Source: Cyanobacteria bacterium CYA
GTDB lineage: Bacteria; Planctomycetota; Phycisphaerae; Phycisphaerales; UBA1924
Length of the DNA stretch: 64,000 nucleotides
Assembly (NCBI GenBank): GCA_008363215.1
Contig: RHKP01000007.1
Span: 113,713 to 177,712, forward strand
Direction: 5' to 3'
Shown: positions 48,806 to 57,998 of the stretch, piece after piece
Layout of the letters: each line of letters begins with the position of its first letter
Numbering within the stretch: position 1 is the first letter of the stretch
The notes under the pieces: generated by a model
Told to the model about the DNA's origin: nothing
Databases searched by the model: none
What the model saw: only the letters and a program-made list of their open reading frames with translations
Program-made: the position numbers and the translations under genes

Positions 48806-49936
48806 CTACCGATTGCCCATCGGCACGTACGGCGCGTTGTGCGGGCCGATGTACTCGGCCTTCGGGCGGAAAAGCCGGTTGTCGCTCAACTGTTCGATGA
48901 TGTGTCCGCTCCACCCGCCCAGGCGCGACATTGCGAACATGGGCGTGAACAGGTCGAGTCTGAGGCCGATGCAGTGGTAGGTCGTTGCGCTGTAGAAGTC
49001 GACGTTCGGATAGATCCCCTTGGCCGCCACTTCGCGCTCCATGATCTCCTCGATCCTGCTGCTTTTCTGATACAGCGCCTGGTTGCCGGTGTCCTTGGCC
49101 AGTTGTGCCGCCAGGCGCTTGAGGGCCAGGGCTCGCGGGTCGCGCGTCTTGTATACGCGGTGCCCGAAGCCCATGATTTTCTCCTTGCGCTCCAGTTTGC
49201 CCTTCACGTACTCCTCGACCGCCTCGATCGACGGAATCTCGTTGAGCATCTTCATCACGCCCTCGTTCGCTCCGCCGTGCAGAGGCCCGCGCAGCGAGCC
49301 CAGCGCCCCCGTCAGGGCCGAGTACACGTCCGACATTGTTGAGATGATGACCCGCGCCGCAAACGTCGAGTTGTTCAGCCCGTGGTCGGCGTGCAGGATC
49401 ATGCAGATGTCAAACGCCCGCTCCATCGTCGGCGTCGGCTTCTCCCCGTTGAGCATGTACAGGAAGTTGGCTGCAAACGACAGCGACGGATCGGGATCGA
49501 TGATATGTAAACCGCGACGGTACCGGTCGAAGTGTGCGATGATCGCGGGCGCCCGCGCCAGGATGAACAGCGACTTGATCCGCGCCGACTCCACGTCGTT
49601 GGCGTTCGGATTGTCGTCATGCATCGACAGCGCCGACACCATCGTCCGCAGTACGTGCATCGGCTCGGCGCTGGTCGGGAGGGCCATCAGACGGTTGGCC
49701 ATGCCCGCCGGCAGGTGATACCGGGAGCGCAGTTCCCGCTGGAACGCCTTGAGTTCGTCGGCCCTGGGAAGCCGCTTGTTCCACAACAGGAACACCGTCT
49801 CCTCGAAGGTGCTCTTGTCACTCAACTCCCCGATCGGGATGCCGACGTACTCGAGAATCCCCTGCTGTCCGTCGATAAACGACATTTCCGTCTGTGCGGC
49901 AACGATACCCTCCAGACCCTTCACAAACGTGCTCAT
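48806..49936 (-). CDS. gltA: Citrate synthase (376-aa short form)
   Basis: MSTFVKGLEGIVAAQTEMSFIDG..., ILHADHGLNNSTFAARV and GFGHRVYKTRDPRA contain the catalytic His/His/Asp contexts. Confidence 0.95.
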   Translation of the reverse strand: MSTFVKGLEGIVAAQTEMSFIDGQQGILEYVGIPIGELSDKSTFEETVFLLWNKRLPRADELKAFQRELRSRYHLPAGMANRLMALPTSAEPMHVLRTMVSALSMHDDNPNANDVESARIKSLFILARAPAIIAHFDRYRRGLHIIDPDPSLSFAANFLYMLNGEKPTPTMERAFDICMILHADHGLNNSTFAARVIISTMSDVYSALTGALGSLRGPLHGGANEGVMKMLNEIPSIEAVEEYVKGKLERKEKIMGFGHRVYKTRDPRALALKRLAAQLAKDTGNQALYQKSSRIEEIMEREVAAKGIYPNVDFYSATTYHCIGLRLDLFTPMFAMSRLGGWSGHIIEQLSDNRLFRPKAEYIGPHNAPYVPMGNR

Positions 49937-50082
49937 GCGCTATTCCCTTGAGTATGGGACAAGCCCGGGCGTCCGACCCGATCGCGACAAGACCGTCCCT
50001 TCGCCCCCGACTCGTGATGCGATCATAGTGCCCGCAAACTGTTCACTCCACCGCCCCGCCTGGTCTGACTTACCATCTCTGC

Positions 50083-51243
50083 GTGCTCATCCCGCTTGGA
50101 ACCGAACAAACCACCCGGCGCAGCCCGGTACTGACCGGGGCGATCCTCGCTCTGACGGTGCTCACCCACCTGTTCGTCTACACCCTGGCCCGCGCCGACC
50201 CGGACCTGCACGCCCGGATCTTCGACCTCTTCAAACTAACTCCCCCTCCCGGCTTCCGCTGGTGGGGGCTTTTCACCTGCACGCTACTCCATGCCAACTG
50301 GGTCCATCTGGCCGGCAACATGTTCTTTTTCTGGACATTCGCCCCCGCCATCGAAGATCGCTTCGGGCGTCTGGGCTTCCTCACCTTTTATCTGGCCGGC
50401 GCCGCCGCTTCGAGCGGCGCCCACGCGCTCTTTGAGTCCGCTCCGGCCATCGGGGCCTCCGGCGCGGTCGCCGCCGTCACGGGGGCCTACCTGGTCCTCT
50501 TCCCCTTCACCCGCGTCCGGTGCCTGTGGCTCTTCGGTGTCACGATCATCCATCCGCCGGCATGGTGGCTCATTGGTCTGGGTATCGGGTGGAACATCAT
50601 CGCACGCGGGCTGGGCGCCGATCAGGGCGTCGCCCACGTCGCCCACCTGTCCGGGTACGCCTTCGGCGTCGCCGTGCCCATGATGCTCCTGTGGGCCAAC
50701 GTTTTCTCACGCCAGCCCTACGACCTGTTCACCTTTTTCCGGCAGGCCAGGCGACGCCGGCAACTGCGGGCGGCCACCAGTGGGCAGAACGCCATCACGC
50801 TGCCCGAGCGTGCGGCTGCGCGACCCCACGATCACACCCTCGACGCGATTTCCGCCGCCCGGGCCCGCGTCTCCGGATTCATCTCTCAGCGGCGGCTGCC
50901 CGAGGCCGCCGACGCCTACCTCGACTTCACCACCGCCTACGCCCATCGCCCCGATCTGCTCACCCTGGCACGCAACGCGCAGTACGAGATTGCGACGTGG
51001 TTCTATCGCCAGGCCCGCTACGCCGATGCGGCCGTCGCGTTTGCCCGGTTCCTCGACGTTTACCCCAATGACCGCGAGGCGGACGCCATCCGCATGTTGC
51101 TCGCCCGCACGTACCTGACGCGCCTCGACCGCCCCGCCGACGCCGAGCAGTTGCTTACGCGCCTCAGCGAGCAATCCAACGACGATGACCTCCGCACACT
51201 GGCCCGCGAAGAACTCTCCCATCTCCAGCGTACAGAGGAATAG
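50083..51243 (+). CDS. Rhomboid-family intramembrane serine protease with a C-terminal TPR-like domain
   Basis: LLHANWVHLAGNMFFFW, GASGAVAAVTGAY (GxSG) and HVAHLSGYAFG (catalytic His), followed by a helical repeat tail. GTG start. Confidence 0.85.
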   Translation: MLIPLGTEQTTRRSPVLTGAILALTVLTHLFVYTLARADPDLHARIFDLFKLTPPPGFRWWGLFTCTLLHANWVHLAGNMFFFWTFAPAIEDRFGRLGFLTFYLAGAAASSGAHALFESAPAIGASGAVAAVTGAYLVLFPFTRVRCLWLFGVTIIHPPAWWLIGLGIGWNIIARGLGADQGVAHVAHLSGYAFGVAVPMMLLWANVFSRQPYDLFTFFRQARRRRQLRAATSGQNAITLPERAAARPHDHTLDAISAARARVSGFISQRRLPEAADAYLDFTTAYAHRPDLLTLARNAQYEIATWFYRQARYADAAVAFARFLDVYPNDREADAIRMLLARTYLTRLDRPADAEQLLTRLSEQSNDDDLRTLAREELSHLQRTEE

Positions 51244-51246
51244 CCC

Positions 51247-51882
51247 ATGCCCCGCACGCGCATCAAGATCTGCGGCCTGCGCGACGCCGACTCTCTCGCC
51301 GCGGCCGTCGAAGCCGGCGCCGACGCCGTCGGCTTCAATCTCATCCGCGAATCCCCTCGCTTCATCGAGCCGGAGGAGGCCACGGAACTGATGTACATGC
51401 TCCCTCCCATGGTCACGGCCATCGGCATCGTCCGCAACCTCTCCGTCGACCAATACTGCGAAATGGAAGCCCGCTTCCCCGCACCGATCATGCAACTCCA
51501 CGGTACGGAGCCGGAAAAGGTCGTCGCCTCGTGCGGGCCCGGCGTGATCAAGGCCGTGCAGTTCCACCCGCAGACCATCGACGCCGACCTGAAACGCTGG
51601 AATGACCTAGACGAAGTCGACGCCATCCTCATCGACGGCTCCGCGGGGGGCGAGGGCAAGGCGTTCGACTGGAACGCCCTGGCATCGAAACTGGAGCAGG
51701 TCGACAAGCCGATCTTCCTGGCCGGCGGGCTGACGCCGGACAACGTCGGCGATGCCATCCGCGCCATCCGCCCCTACGCCGTCGACGTCGCCTCGGGCGT
51801 GGAATCATCCCCGGGCGTCAAGGACCCCGCGAAGATCGAAGCCTTCTGCCGGGCCGTGGCGCAGGCGAACCTCAGCGCGTAG
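51247..51882 (+). CDS. trpF: Phosphoribosylanthranilate isomerase
   Basis: RIKICGLRDADSLAAAVEAGADAVGFNL...MQLHG...FLAGGLTPDNV...PYAVDVASGVE. Confidence 0.93.
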   Translation: MPRTRIKICGLRDADSLAAAVEAGADAVGFNLIRESPRFIEPEEATELMYMLPPMVTAIGIVRNLSVDQYCEMEARFPAPIMQLHGTEPEKVVASCGPGVIKAVQFHPQTIDADLKRWNDLDEVDAILIDGSAGGEGKAFDWNALASKLEQVDKPIFLAGGLTPDNVGDAIRAIRPYAVDVASGVESSPGVKDPAKIEAFCRAVAQANLSA

Positions 51883-52022
51883 TTCTCCGGGCTTGAAACG
51901 TGTTCAGGACGCCGGACCTCTGTGAGTCTTCGGGTACGGGTTCGGGTCGCACGCGCTCTCTCACCCCGACCTGCGCACGCTCCTTCCACCTCACGCCCGT
52001 TGCCCGGTCCCTGATGCCTGCT

Positions 52023-52496
52023 TCACTTCCTCCCCGTGCTCCCGAATCCCCCGTCGCCGCGCTCCGTCCCTTCCAACGCCTCCACCTCGACCACCTCCGC
52101 GCTCGCCACCGGGGCGATCACCAGTTGGGCCACCCGCTCGGCGTGGTGCACCGTGTATGGCTCGCGCCCGAGGTTTATCAGCGCCACGAACGCCTCACCC
52201 CGGTAGTCGGCGTCGATCGTCCCCGGCGCGTTCGGCACGGTCACGCCGAACTTCGTCGCCAGCCCCGACCGGGGCCGCACCTGCCCCTCGAACCCCTCCG
52301 GGATCGCCACGACGATCCCGATGGGGATCTTCACGATGGCGCCCGGCTCGATCACGACGCATTCGGCCGTGTGCTCATGGCGTGGCAGACAGGCCGCCAG
52401 GTCCAGACCGGCCGCCAGAGGTGAGTGGGCCCTGGGCGCGGTGGCCCGCGGGTCGAGTTTCACGAATCGCAACGTCGGTCGCCGAGTGTCAGACAT
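52023..52496 (-). CDS. dut: dUTP diphosphatase
   Basis: AAGLDLAA..., RPRSGLA, GTIDADYRGE and the C-terminal RGDGGFGSTG are the five dUTPase motifs. Confidence 0.95.
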   Translation of the reverse strand: MSDTRRPTLRFVKLDPRATAPRAHSPLAAGLDLAACLPRHEHTAECVVIEPGAIVKIPIGIVVAIPEGFEGQVRPRSGLATKFGVTVPNAPGTIDADYRGEAFVALINLGREPYTVHHAERVAQLVIAPVASAEVVEVEALEGTERGDGGFGSTGRK

Positions 52497-52630
52497 GGGC
52501 CCATGCTAGACCTGTGGAAGCTGCGCGCCACGCGCCGGGTCTTCCGGTGCGAGCCTTCGACATGGCCAGAAAACACAGCACGGACCCGCGACCGGGCCCG
52601 CGCGTCGTACCTCTTCGAGGGTTCTGCACC

Positions 52631-52933
52631 TCACGACACCGATGGCGCCCGCTTCTCCAGACTCCCCAGCATCGTCAGGTCCTCTTCATCCAACTCGTCG
52701 CGCAACTGGTCGAGCACCCGGTTGAACGCGTCGATGAGCCGCTGCGTGCTGGCGATGGCATTGTCCATGCTGCTGGCGCCTGTCACCTTCTTGAGGAAAT
52801 CCGTCTGGTTGATCTGGGCCAGGTTCTGCTCAGACCGATTTTTCGCCTGACGCAGCGCCTCCAGCAGTTGCAGAGCCCGATCCCGCTGCGCCTGTGTTTC
52901 AACCATCATTTTCGATCTCTGCGTCATGGTCAT
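52631..52933 (-). CDS. Small coiled-coil hypothetical protein
   Basis: ATG at 52933 follows GGAGG. The 100-aa product is helical (MTMTQRSKMMVETQAQRDRALQLLEALRQAKNRSEQNL...). Confidence 0.6.
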   Translation of the reverse strand: MTMTQRSKMMVETQAQRDRALQLLEALRQAKNRSEQNLAQINQTDFLKKVTGASSMDNAIASTQRLIDAFNRVLDQLRDELDEEDLTMLGSLEKRAPSVS

Positions 52934-53183
52934 GTGCTCGACCTCCGGCCTGTTGGGTCGGTCCGACAGGCAGGGTCGTGCAGACTGACGGGGTTCGACT
53001 GACCAAAGCCGCGTTCTCTCGACGGCACCGACGGAATCAAGTTCGCCAGACCACACCACCGGACTTCAGGTAGGATACGTCGCCGTCTCATATCCGCAAG
53101 TCCGGCTTCCCCAGACCCGGGGTTATAGGCTGATTCCGCGCAAGACCCGTGGACAACCCGTGAAAACGGGGTTTCGGGCCCGG

Positions 53184-54656
53184 TCAGGCCGCCACACGCT
53201 GCCCACCCATCTGCGGGACGAACCGACCCATCGCTCGAACAACCCGCTCACTCGAACCCTCGCGCCGGGCCCGGTCCAGGTGTTCGACCATCGCCGCCAG
53301 CGTTGCCTCGTCCGGTGCCCACGCGTCCCGTAACGCCATGATTCCCGGGTGCGCGGTCGGCCTCAGCGACTCGACGTCGTACGCCAACTCCTCGTGCAAC
53401 TTCTCGCCGGGGCGAATCCCGGTCAGGCGAATCTCTGTCTGGTTCCACGCACCGGCCTTGCTTCCCACCACAGGCTCCAGCCCGTGCGCCCGCACAAACC
53501 GCTTGGCCAACTCCAGAATGGAGACCGGCTCGCCCATGTCCAGCACGAACACCTCGGCCTGCGCGGGCGTGGACAGACTCGCCGCGTGCACCACCAGCCC
53601 TGCCGCCTCGGGAATGGTCATGAAGTACCGCGTCATCCGCGTGTCGGTCACCGTGACCGGCCCGCCCTCGGCGATCTGGCTCTCCCAGATCGGCAAGACG
53701 CTGCATGCACTGCCCAGAACGTTCCCGAACCGCACCATGCTCAACTGCGTCGCGCCCCCGCCACGTCGGCCCAGTCCCTGCACGTACATCTCCGCCAGTC
53801 GCTTGGTGGCCCCCATCACGCTCGTCGGGTTCACCGCTTTGTCCGATGAAATCAGCACAAACCGCCGCACCCCCGCCGACACCGCCGCGTCGGCGATCGA
53901 CCGCGTCCCGAAAAAATTGTTCGTCAGCGCGTGTGACGGATGATCCTCCATCAGCGGCACGTGTTTGTGCGCGGCCGCGTGAAAAATCAGGTCCGGTTGC
54001 GTCTGCTCCACCAGCACGCGCGTCGCGTCACGATCCACAACATCATGCAGCACCGCCCGCCGCGGCACCCCGCGGTGCGTCCCGCCCAGCGTGCGATCAA
54101 TTTCGAACACCGCGTTCTCGGACCGGTCGGCCAGCACCAGCAGCGCCGGCTCGAAACTGGCGCACAGGCGCGCAATCTCCGATCCGATGGAACCTCCTGC
54201 CCCGGTAATCAGCACCCGCGACCCACCCAGCAGGCGTTCCAGTTGGGCACGGTCCACCGGGTGAGCCCTCCGACCCACCAGGGTCGCCAGATCCACCGTC
54301 TGCGCGCGCCGCGCCGCGATGGGCAGCGGTTCGCGGCTGAGCAGTTCGTCCAGCGGGGGCACCACGCGTGTCCGCACGCCGCAGCGCGCCAGCGCGGCCC
54401 GGATCTCCCGTTCCTGACCGGCCAGTGCCCCGGGCAGCGAGACCACGGCCACGGCAGGCCGATGGGCCCGACAGACGCTTTCGAGTTCTCCAAGCCCCCC
54501 CAGGTCCATCAGGTGCCCGGGTGGCCCGTCGTCGCCGACGAGAACCGCCCCGATCGGGGTAGGCGCTTCCGGCAACAGGTCCAACTGTCTTCGGAGCAAC
54601 TCCACTGAATCGGGCGTCCCGATGAGTACGCATCGTTCGTCGCGCGAGGTTCTCAT
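53184..54656 (-). CDS. Polysaccharide biosynthesis NDP-sugar 4,6-dehydratase/epimerase (CapD/PglF/WbpM family), soluble form
   Basis: VLITGAGGSIGSEIARL, LIFHAAAHKHVPLMEDHP, FVLISSDKAVNPTSVMGATKRLAE and MTRYFMTIPEAA. An alternative GTG start exists at 54722. Confidence 0.88.
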   Translation of the reverse strand: MRTSRDERCVLIGTPDSVELLRRQLDLLPEAPTPIGAVLVGDDGPPGHLMDLGGLGELESVCRAHRPAVAVVSLPGALAGQEREIRAALARCGVRTRVVPPLDELLSREPLPIAARRAQTVDLATLVGRRAHPVDRAQLERLLGGSRVLITGAGGSIGSEIARLCASFEPALLVLADRSENAVFEIDRTLGGTHRGVPRRAVLHDVVDRDATRVLVEQTQPDLIFHAAAHKHVPLMEDHPSHALTNNFFGTRSIADAAVSAGVRRFVLISSDKAVNPTSVMGATKRLAEMYVQGLGRRGGGATQLSMVRFGNVLGSACSVLPIWESQIAEGGPVTVTDTRMTRYFMTIPEAAGLVVHAASLSTPAQAEVFVLDMGEPVSILELAKRFVRAHGLEPVVGSKAGAWNQTEIRLTGIRPGEKLHEELAYDVESLRPTAHPGIMALRDAWAPDEATLAAMVEHLDRARREGSSERVVRAMGRFVPQMGGQRVAA

Positions 54657-54914
54657 GCCGGTCCCATCCGGCTCCGGGGTGCGCCCAAAGAGCCCGAAGC
54701 GCCGGCGGGGGAAAGCGTCCACCGCTCCCGCCGCTGACGCTTCTGGCTCGCGAGGCGCATGCTCCGGAGCGATCTCTTCACGTTGCGGCCTATCGGTCCA
54801 AACCTCCGTGCCTGCACATCATCCATTGCCACGGACACCCCCGCGCAGAAACCTGCACCACCAGACTGAGCGGGCTTCACGTTGTGGTAGCATGCCGTCC
54901 GGAAGGAGACACGC

Positions 54915-55961
54915 ATGGCCACCGCCCTGTCGCGCCGCCACTTCGTGGGTCTGAGCATCGCCTGGGGCGTCTGCCTGCGCGCCTCTGCCCGCGCTTCGCG
55001 TGACGACGACCAGATCATCGGGCATGGCCCCCACCGCTACCGCGTCGTTCGAGGCTGGGGGGCCGCGGATCCGGCCGCCACTCCCGTGCGGGACTGCCAC
55101 GAGATGGTGCAGACCCGCGACGGCCGCCTGTTCATGTTCGGCAACGACACCCGCAACAACATGGTCATCTACAACCGGGACGGGCGCATCGTCGGCGCCT
55201 GGGGCAATGAGTTTCCCGGCGGGCACGGATGCACGCTTTCGGACGAGAACGGCGAGGAGTTCCTCTTCCTGACCGACCCCGACCGGCACCAGGTCTTCAA
55301 GACCACGCTCGACGGGCGCGTGCTCCTCACGCTCGACGCCCCGCTCGATGCCGACCAGTACCCTGATGCCAACAACTATCGCCCCACGGAAACGGCGATC
55401 GGGCCCAACGGCGACATTTACGTGGCCGACGGATACGGGAGCCAGTACCTGATCCACTACTCGCCCAAGGGCGAACTCAAGGGCGTCTACGCCGGACCCG
55501 GCTCGGGCGAGGCGCAGTTCAACAACATGCACGGCGTCTCGCTCGACACGCGCGACAAGTCCAACCCGACGCTCCTGCTCACCGCACGCGCCCAGAATCG
55601 GTTCAAGCGTTTCAGCCTCGATGGCAGACACCTCGAGACCATCCCGACACCCGGCGCATGGATCTGCCGCCCGGTGCTCCACGGCGACGACCTGTTCTTT
55701 GCCGTCATCATCTCCGGGCTGGCGCAGTGGCAGTCCAACCGGTCCGGCTTTGTTGCGATCCTCGATCAGCGCAACCGCGTCGTCTCATGCCCCGGCGGAC
55801 ACGAGCCGACCTACAAGGACGGTTCGCTGCAGCCGCTCAGCCAGTCGCGCCCCAACCTGTTCATGCACCCCCACGACGTGTGCGTCGACCGCGACGGCAA
55901 TCTGTGCGTGCCACAATGGAACTCAGGCAGGACGTACCCGGTGAGGCTGGAGCGGGTGTGA
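54915..55961 (+). CDS. Tat-exported six-bladed beta-propeller (NHL-repeat) protein
   Basis: MATALSRRHFVGLS is a twin-arginine signal. Repeated ...NGDIYVADGYG..., ...HGVSLD... and ...HDVCVDRDGNLCV... resemble NHL blades. Confidence 0.85.
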   Translation: MATALSRRHFVGLSIAWGVCLRASARASRDDDQIIGHGPHRYRVVRGWGAADPAATPVRDCHEMVQTRDGRLFMFGNDTRNNMVIYNRDGRIVGAWGNEFPGGHGCTLSDENGEEFLFLTDPDRHQVFKTTLDGRVLLTLDAPLDADQYPDANNYRPTETAIGPNGDIYVADGYGSQYLIHYSPKGELKGVYAGPGSGEAQFNNMHGVSLDTRDKSNPTLLLTARAQNRFKRFSLDGRHLETIPTPGAWICRPVLHGDDLFFAVIISGLAQWQSNRSGFVAILDQRNRVVSCPGGHEPTYKDGSLQPLSQSRPNLFMHPHDVCVDRDGNLCVPQWNSGRTYPVRLERV

Positions 55962-56054
55962 GATCACTTGAGATCGGGTGATCTGGTGGGCGGGATGCGG
56001 TGACACCTCCGCGTCGCCGGCTGCCTGGGAGGCGCGCGGGGCTTGTACCGGAAA

Positions 56055-56095
56055 CTCCCGCGCTGGCGCTTCGGGCTCGTACGCGCCCTCCGGTC
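56055..56095 (+). repeat. Copy A of the dispersed TTCG-rich repeat family
   Basis: CTCCCGCGCTGGCGCTTCGGGCTCGTACGCGCCCTCCGGTC shares the core GCGCTTCGGGCTCGT and the flanking CTCCGGTC with copy B. It lies between the convergent NHL and terminase genes. Confidence 0.75.
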
Positions 56096-56107
56096 ATTCT
56101 GCCCGGC

Positions 56108-57604
56108 TCAGTGCAGATAGTTCACGATGCTGGTCTGGTACCCGCGTTCCAGGTTGATCACCATGTAGCGCAGTGCGTCGACCGCGTGGTCCGACCCGTC
56201 CTTGACCGGTGTGAGTGTCTCGGGGTTTTCGGCCGGGTATCGGTACTTTTCGAGCGATTCGATCAGTTGCGCGCAGCGTTCGTGGATGTACAGACTCGGC
56301 TCACCGGCGGCCGGTTTGAGGCGGGCGCGGATGAGGCTGAGTCCTTCGACCACGCCCATGCGTCGCGCCCGGCATCGAAGGCCGGTCCTGAGGAGCGCCT
56401 GCACGTCGCTGATGCCGGTCTGGTTGCTGCGACTTCTTCCCGCCGGGTCGACGCCGATCCACTCGGGAACGGGCCAGCGGGCTTCGAGGACCGCGCGGGC
56501 GTGCTCGCCGACGATGATGCCGGAGGCGATTCGTTCGTCGACGACGAAGATGCGCCCGTCAGGATCAACCCGGGCCCACAGCACGACGGTCGGCGCGCGG
56601 ATGCCGAAGTCCATTCCGCCGATCCAGCCCGAGCCGTGCTGCTCGGGCGGGAGTCGGCTGACCACGTGCATGTCGCGGTTGAACTCGGGCAGCACGCAAT
56701 CGCCGCGGCGGGGGCGCGTGCAGAGCATCTCGGAGTCCCAGGTTGCCTGGCTGACGCGCTGCTGCTGGCGCAGCGCGTCGTGAACCTCGACGTGTCCGGG
56801 CGGGGCGCCCTGCGCGTCGCGCTGCTTGGCGCGCCCCTGGCAGGCGGAGAAGAGCGGACAGGCCGGCTGCCCGCTTTCATCGCGACACTGGTTTGCATCG
56901 CCGCACACGCCCAGCACGTCGATGACACCCCACTTGAAGAGGGCGCGCTTCTGCTCGCGCGCCTCGGCCACGAGGCGATACATCAGCCCGTAGGGGATGT
57001 GCATCGTTGAGAGACACTCGATCGAGCCTGAGACCAGGATTCCGCCGCAGTCCTTGCTGCGCGTCGTGAGTTGGGCGGCCTCCCACACTTCGGGGTCGAA
57101 CAACTCGACCTCGTCGCAGCGGAGTTTCTGCACGCGCGTGCCGCGCACGGAAGTCTGAGACTGGGCGAGCAGTTCAACGGATGAGCCGCTGAGAAGGCGC
57201 AGGCGCTTCTCGGTGATCCTGCCCTCGACCAGTTCGGCAAACTGCGGGCGCGCGAAGATGGCGCGCAGGTGGTGGTGCATGCGTTTGGCCTGCTCGAGCG
57301 AGCCGCCGAGAATGCGGACCTCGATGCCCGGCTTGAAGACCAGGTCGAGAGCAGTCGCGACGGCTGCCAGGAAAGTCTTGCCGCCGCCACGGTTGGCCCA
57401 CACCACGCAGTCGAGCGCCCGCGTCGGGTCGATCTCGAAGAACGCGTGGCACAGATAGTCGAAGGGTGCGGCGTGCCCCAGCATGATCGGAGTGCGCGGG
57501 ACCACCAGGCCAAGGTGCACGCGCAGCCACTCGTGCAACTCGTCGAACGTCCGCGGCATGGTCGAGAACTCCATCGTCGTGTGTGCGTTGCCCGTGTCTT
57601 CCAT
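56108..57604 (-). CDS. Phage terminase large subunit-like ATPase/nuclease
   Basis: ATG at 57604 follows GGGGGAG. WANRGGGKTFLAAV (Walker A) and LRCDEVELF (Walker B). The C-terminal RNaseH-like nuclease has GMDFGIRAP..., VGVDPAG... and SDHAVDALRYMV. Confidence 0.88.
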   Translation of the reverse strand: MEDTGNAHTTMEFSTMPRTFDELHEWLRVHLGLVVPRTPIMLGHAAPFDYLCHAFFEIDPTRALDCVVWANRGGGKTFLAAVATALDLVFKPGIEVRILGGSLEQAKRMHHHLRAIFARPQFAELVEGRITEKRLRLLSGSSVELLAQSQTSVRGTRVQKLRCDEVELFDPEVWEAAQLTTRSKDCGGILVSGSIECLSTMHIPYGLMYRLVAEAREQKRALFKWGVIDVLGVCGDANQCRDESGQPACPLFSACQGRAKQRDAQGAPPGHVEVHDALRQQQRVSQATWDSEMLCTRPRRGDCVLPEFNRDMHVVSRLPPEQHGSGWIGGMDFGIRAPTVVLWARVDPDGRIFVVDERIASGIIVGEHARAVLEARWPVPEWIGVDPAGRSRSNQTGISDVQALLRTGLRCRARRMGVVEGLSLIRARLKPAAGEPSLYIHERCAQLIESLEKYRYPAENPETLTPVKDGSDHAVDALRYMVINLERGYQTSIVNYLH

Positions 57605-57617
57605 CGGCTCCCCCGTA

Positions 57618-57998
57618 TCAGTCCTGTTCGATCCCCAGCGCCCGCAAGAGCGCATCGACCCGGCGCGCGTGATGCCGCTGCAGCGCCTTGAGCACGGCCT
57701 GGCGCTGCCCGGCGTTGAGAAAGAACGTCAGCGCGTGCGGAAGTTGCTCCGGCCGAGTCGGCGCTGCGCACTCGGTGAGCGGCGGAGGCTCGCCCGTGCC
57801 TGCAGCCGCGGGCACTCTGCGGTCGCAACCCTCAGTCCTGCTCGGGCCTGACCTGGCGCCGGCGTGCTGCGAGTTGCCTCGCCTGCGTTTCGGGCTCGTG
57901 GTCGCGTCATTCTTCGTGCTTCCGAGGCTTCGTGCCTTCGCACCTTTGTCCTCGTCTCCCGGTCTTTTCGTCTCCCCGGTTCCTTTATCTGACCTCAT
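57618..57998 (-). CDS. Small protein: low-complexity basic N-half and helical C-half (small-terminase or DNA-binding candidate)
   Basis: It ends 13 nt before the terminase start and its start overlaps the upstream stop. Only the last ~45 aa (QLPHALTFFLNAGQRQAVLKALQRHHARRVDALLRALGIEQD) look like a folded domain. The N-half is encoded by repeat copy C. Confidence 0.4.
   Translation of the reverse strand: MRSDKGTGETKRPGDEDKGAKARSLGSTKNDATTSPKRRRGNSQHAGARSGPSRTEGCDRRVPAAAGTGEPPPLTECAAPTRPEQLPHALTFFLNAGQRQAVLKALQRHHARRVDALLRALGIEQD
57874..57985 (+). repeat. Copy C of the dispersed TTCG-rich repeat family (core plus CTTCGT-type tail)
   Basis: TTGCCTCGCCTGCGTTTCGGGCTCGTGGTCGCGTCATTCTTCGTGCTTCCGAGGCTTCGTGCCTTCGC...CTCGTCTCCCGGTCTTTTCGTCTCCCC. 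It lies antisense within the 57618..57998 ORF. Confidence 0.7.
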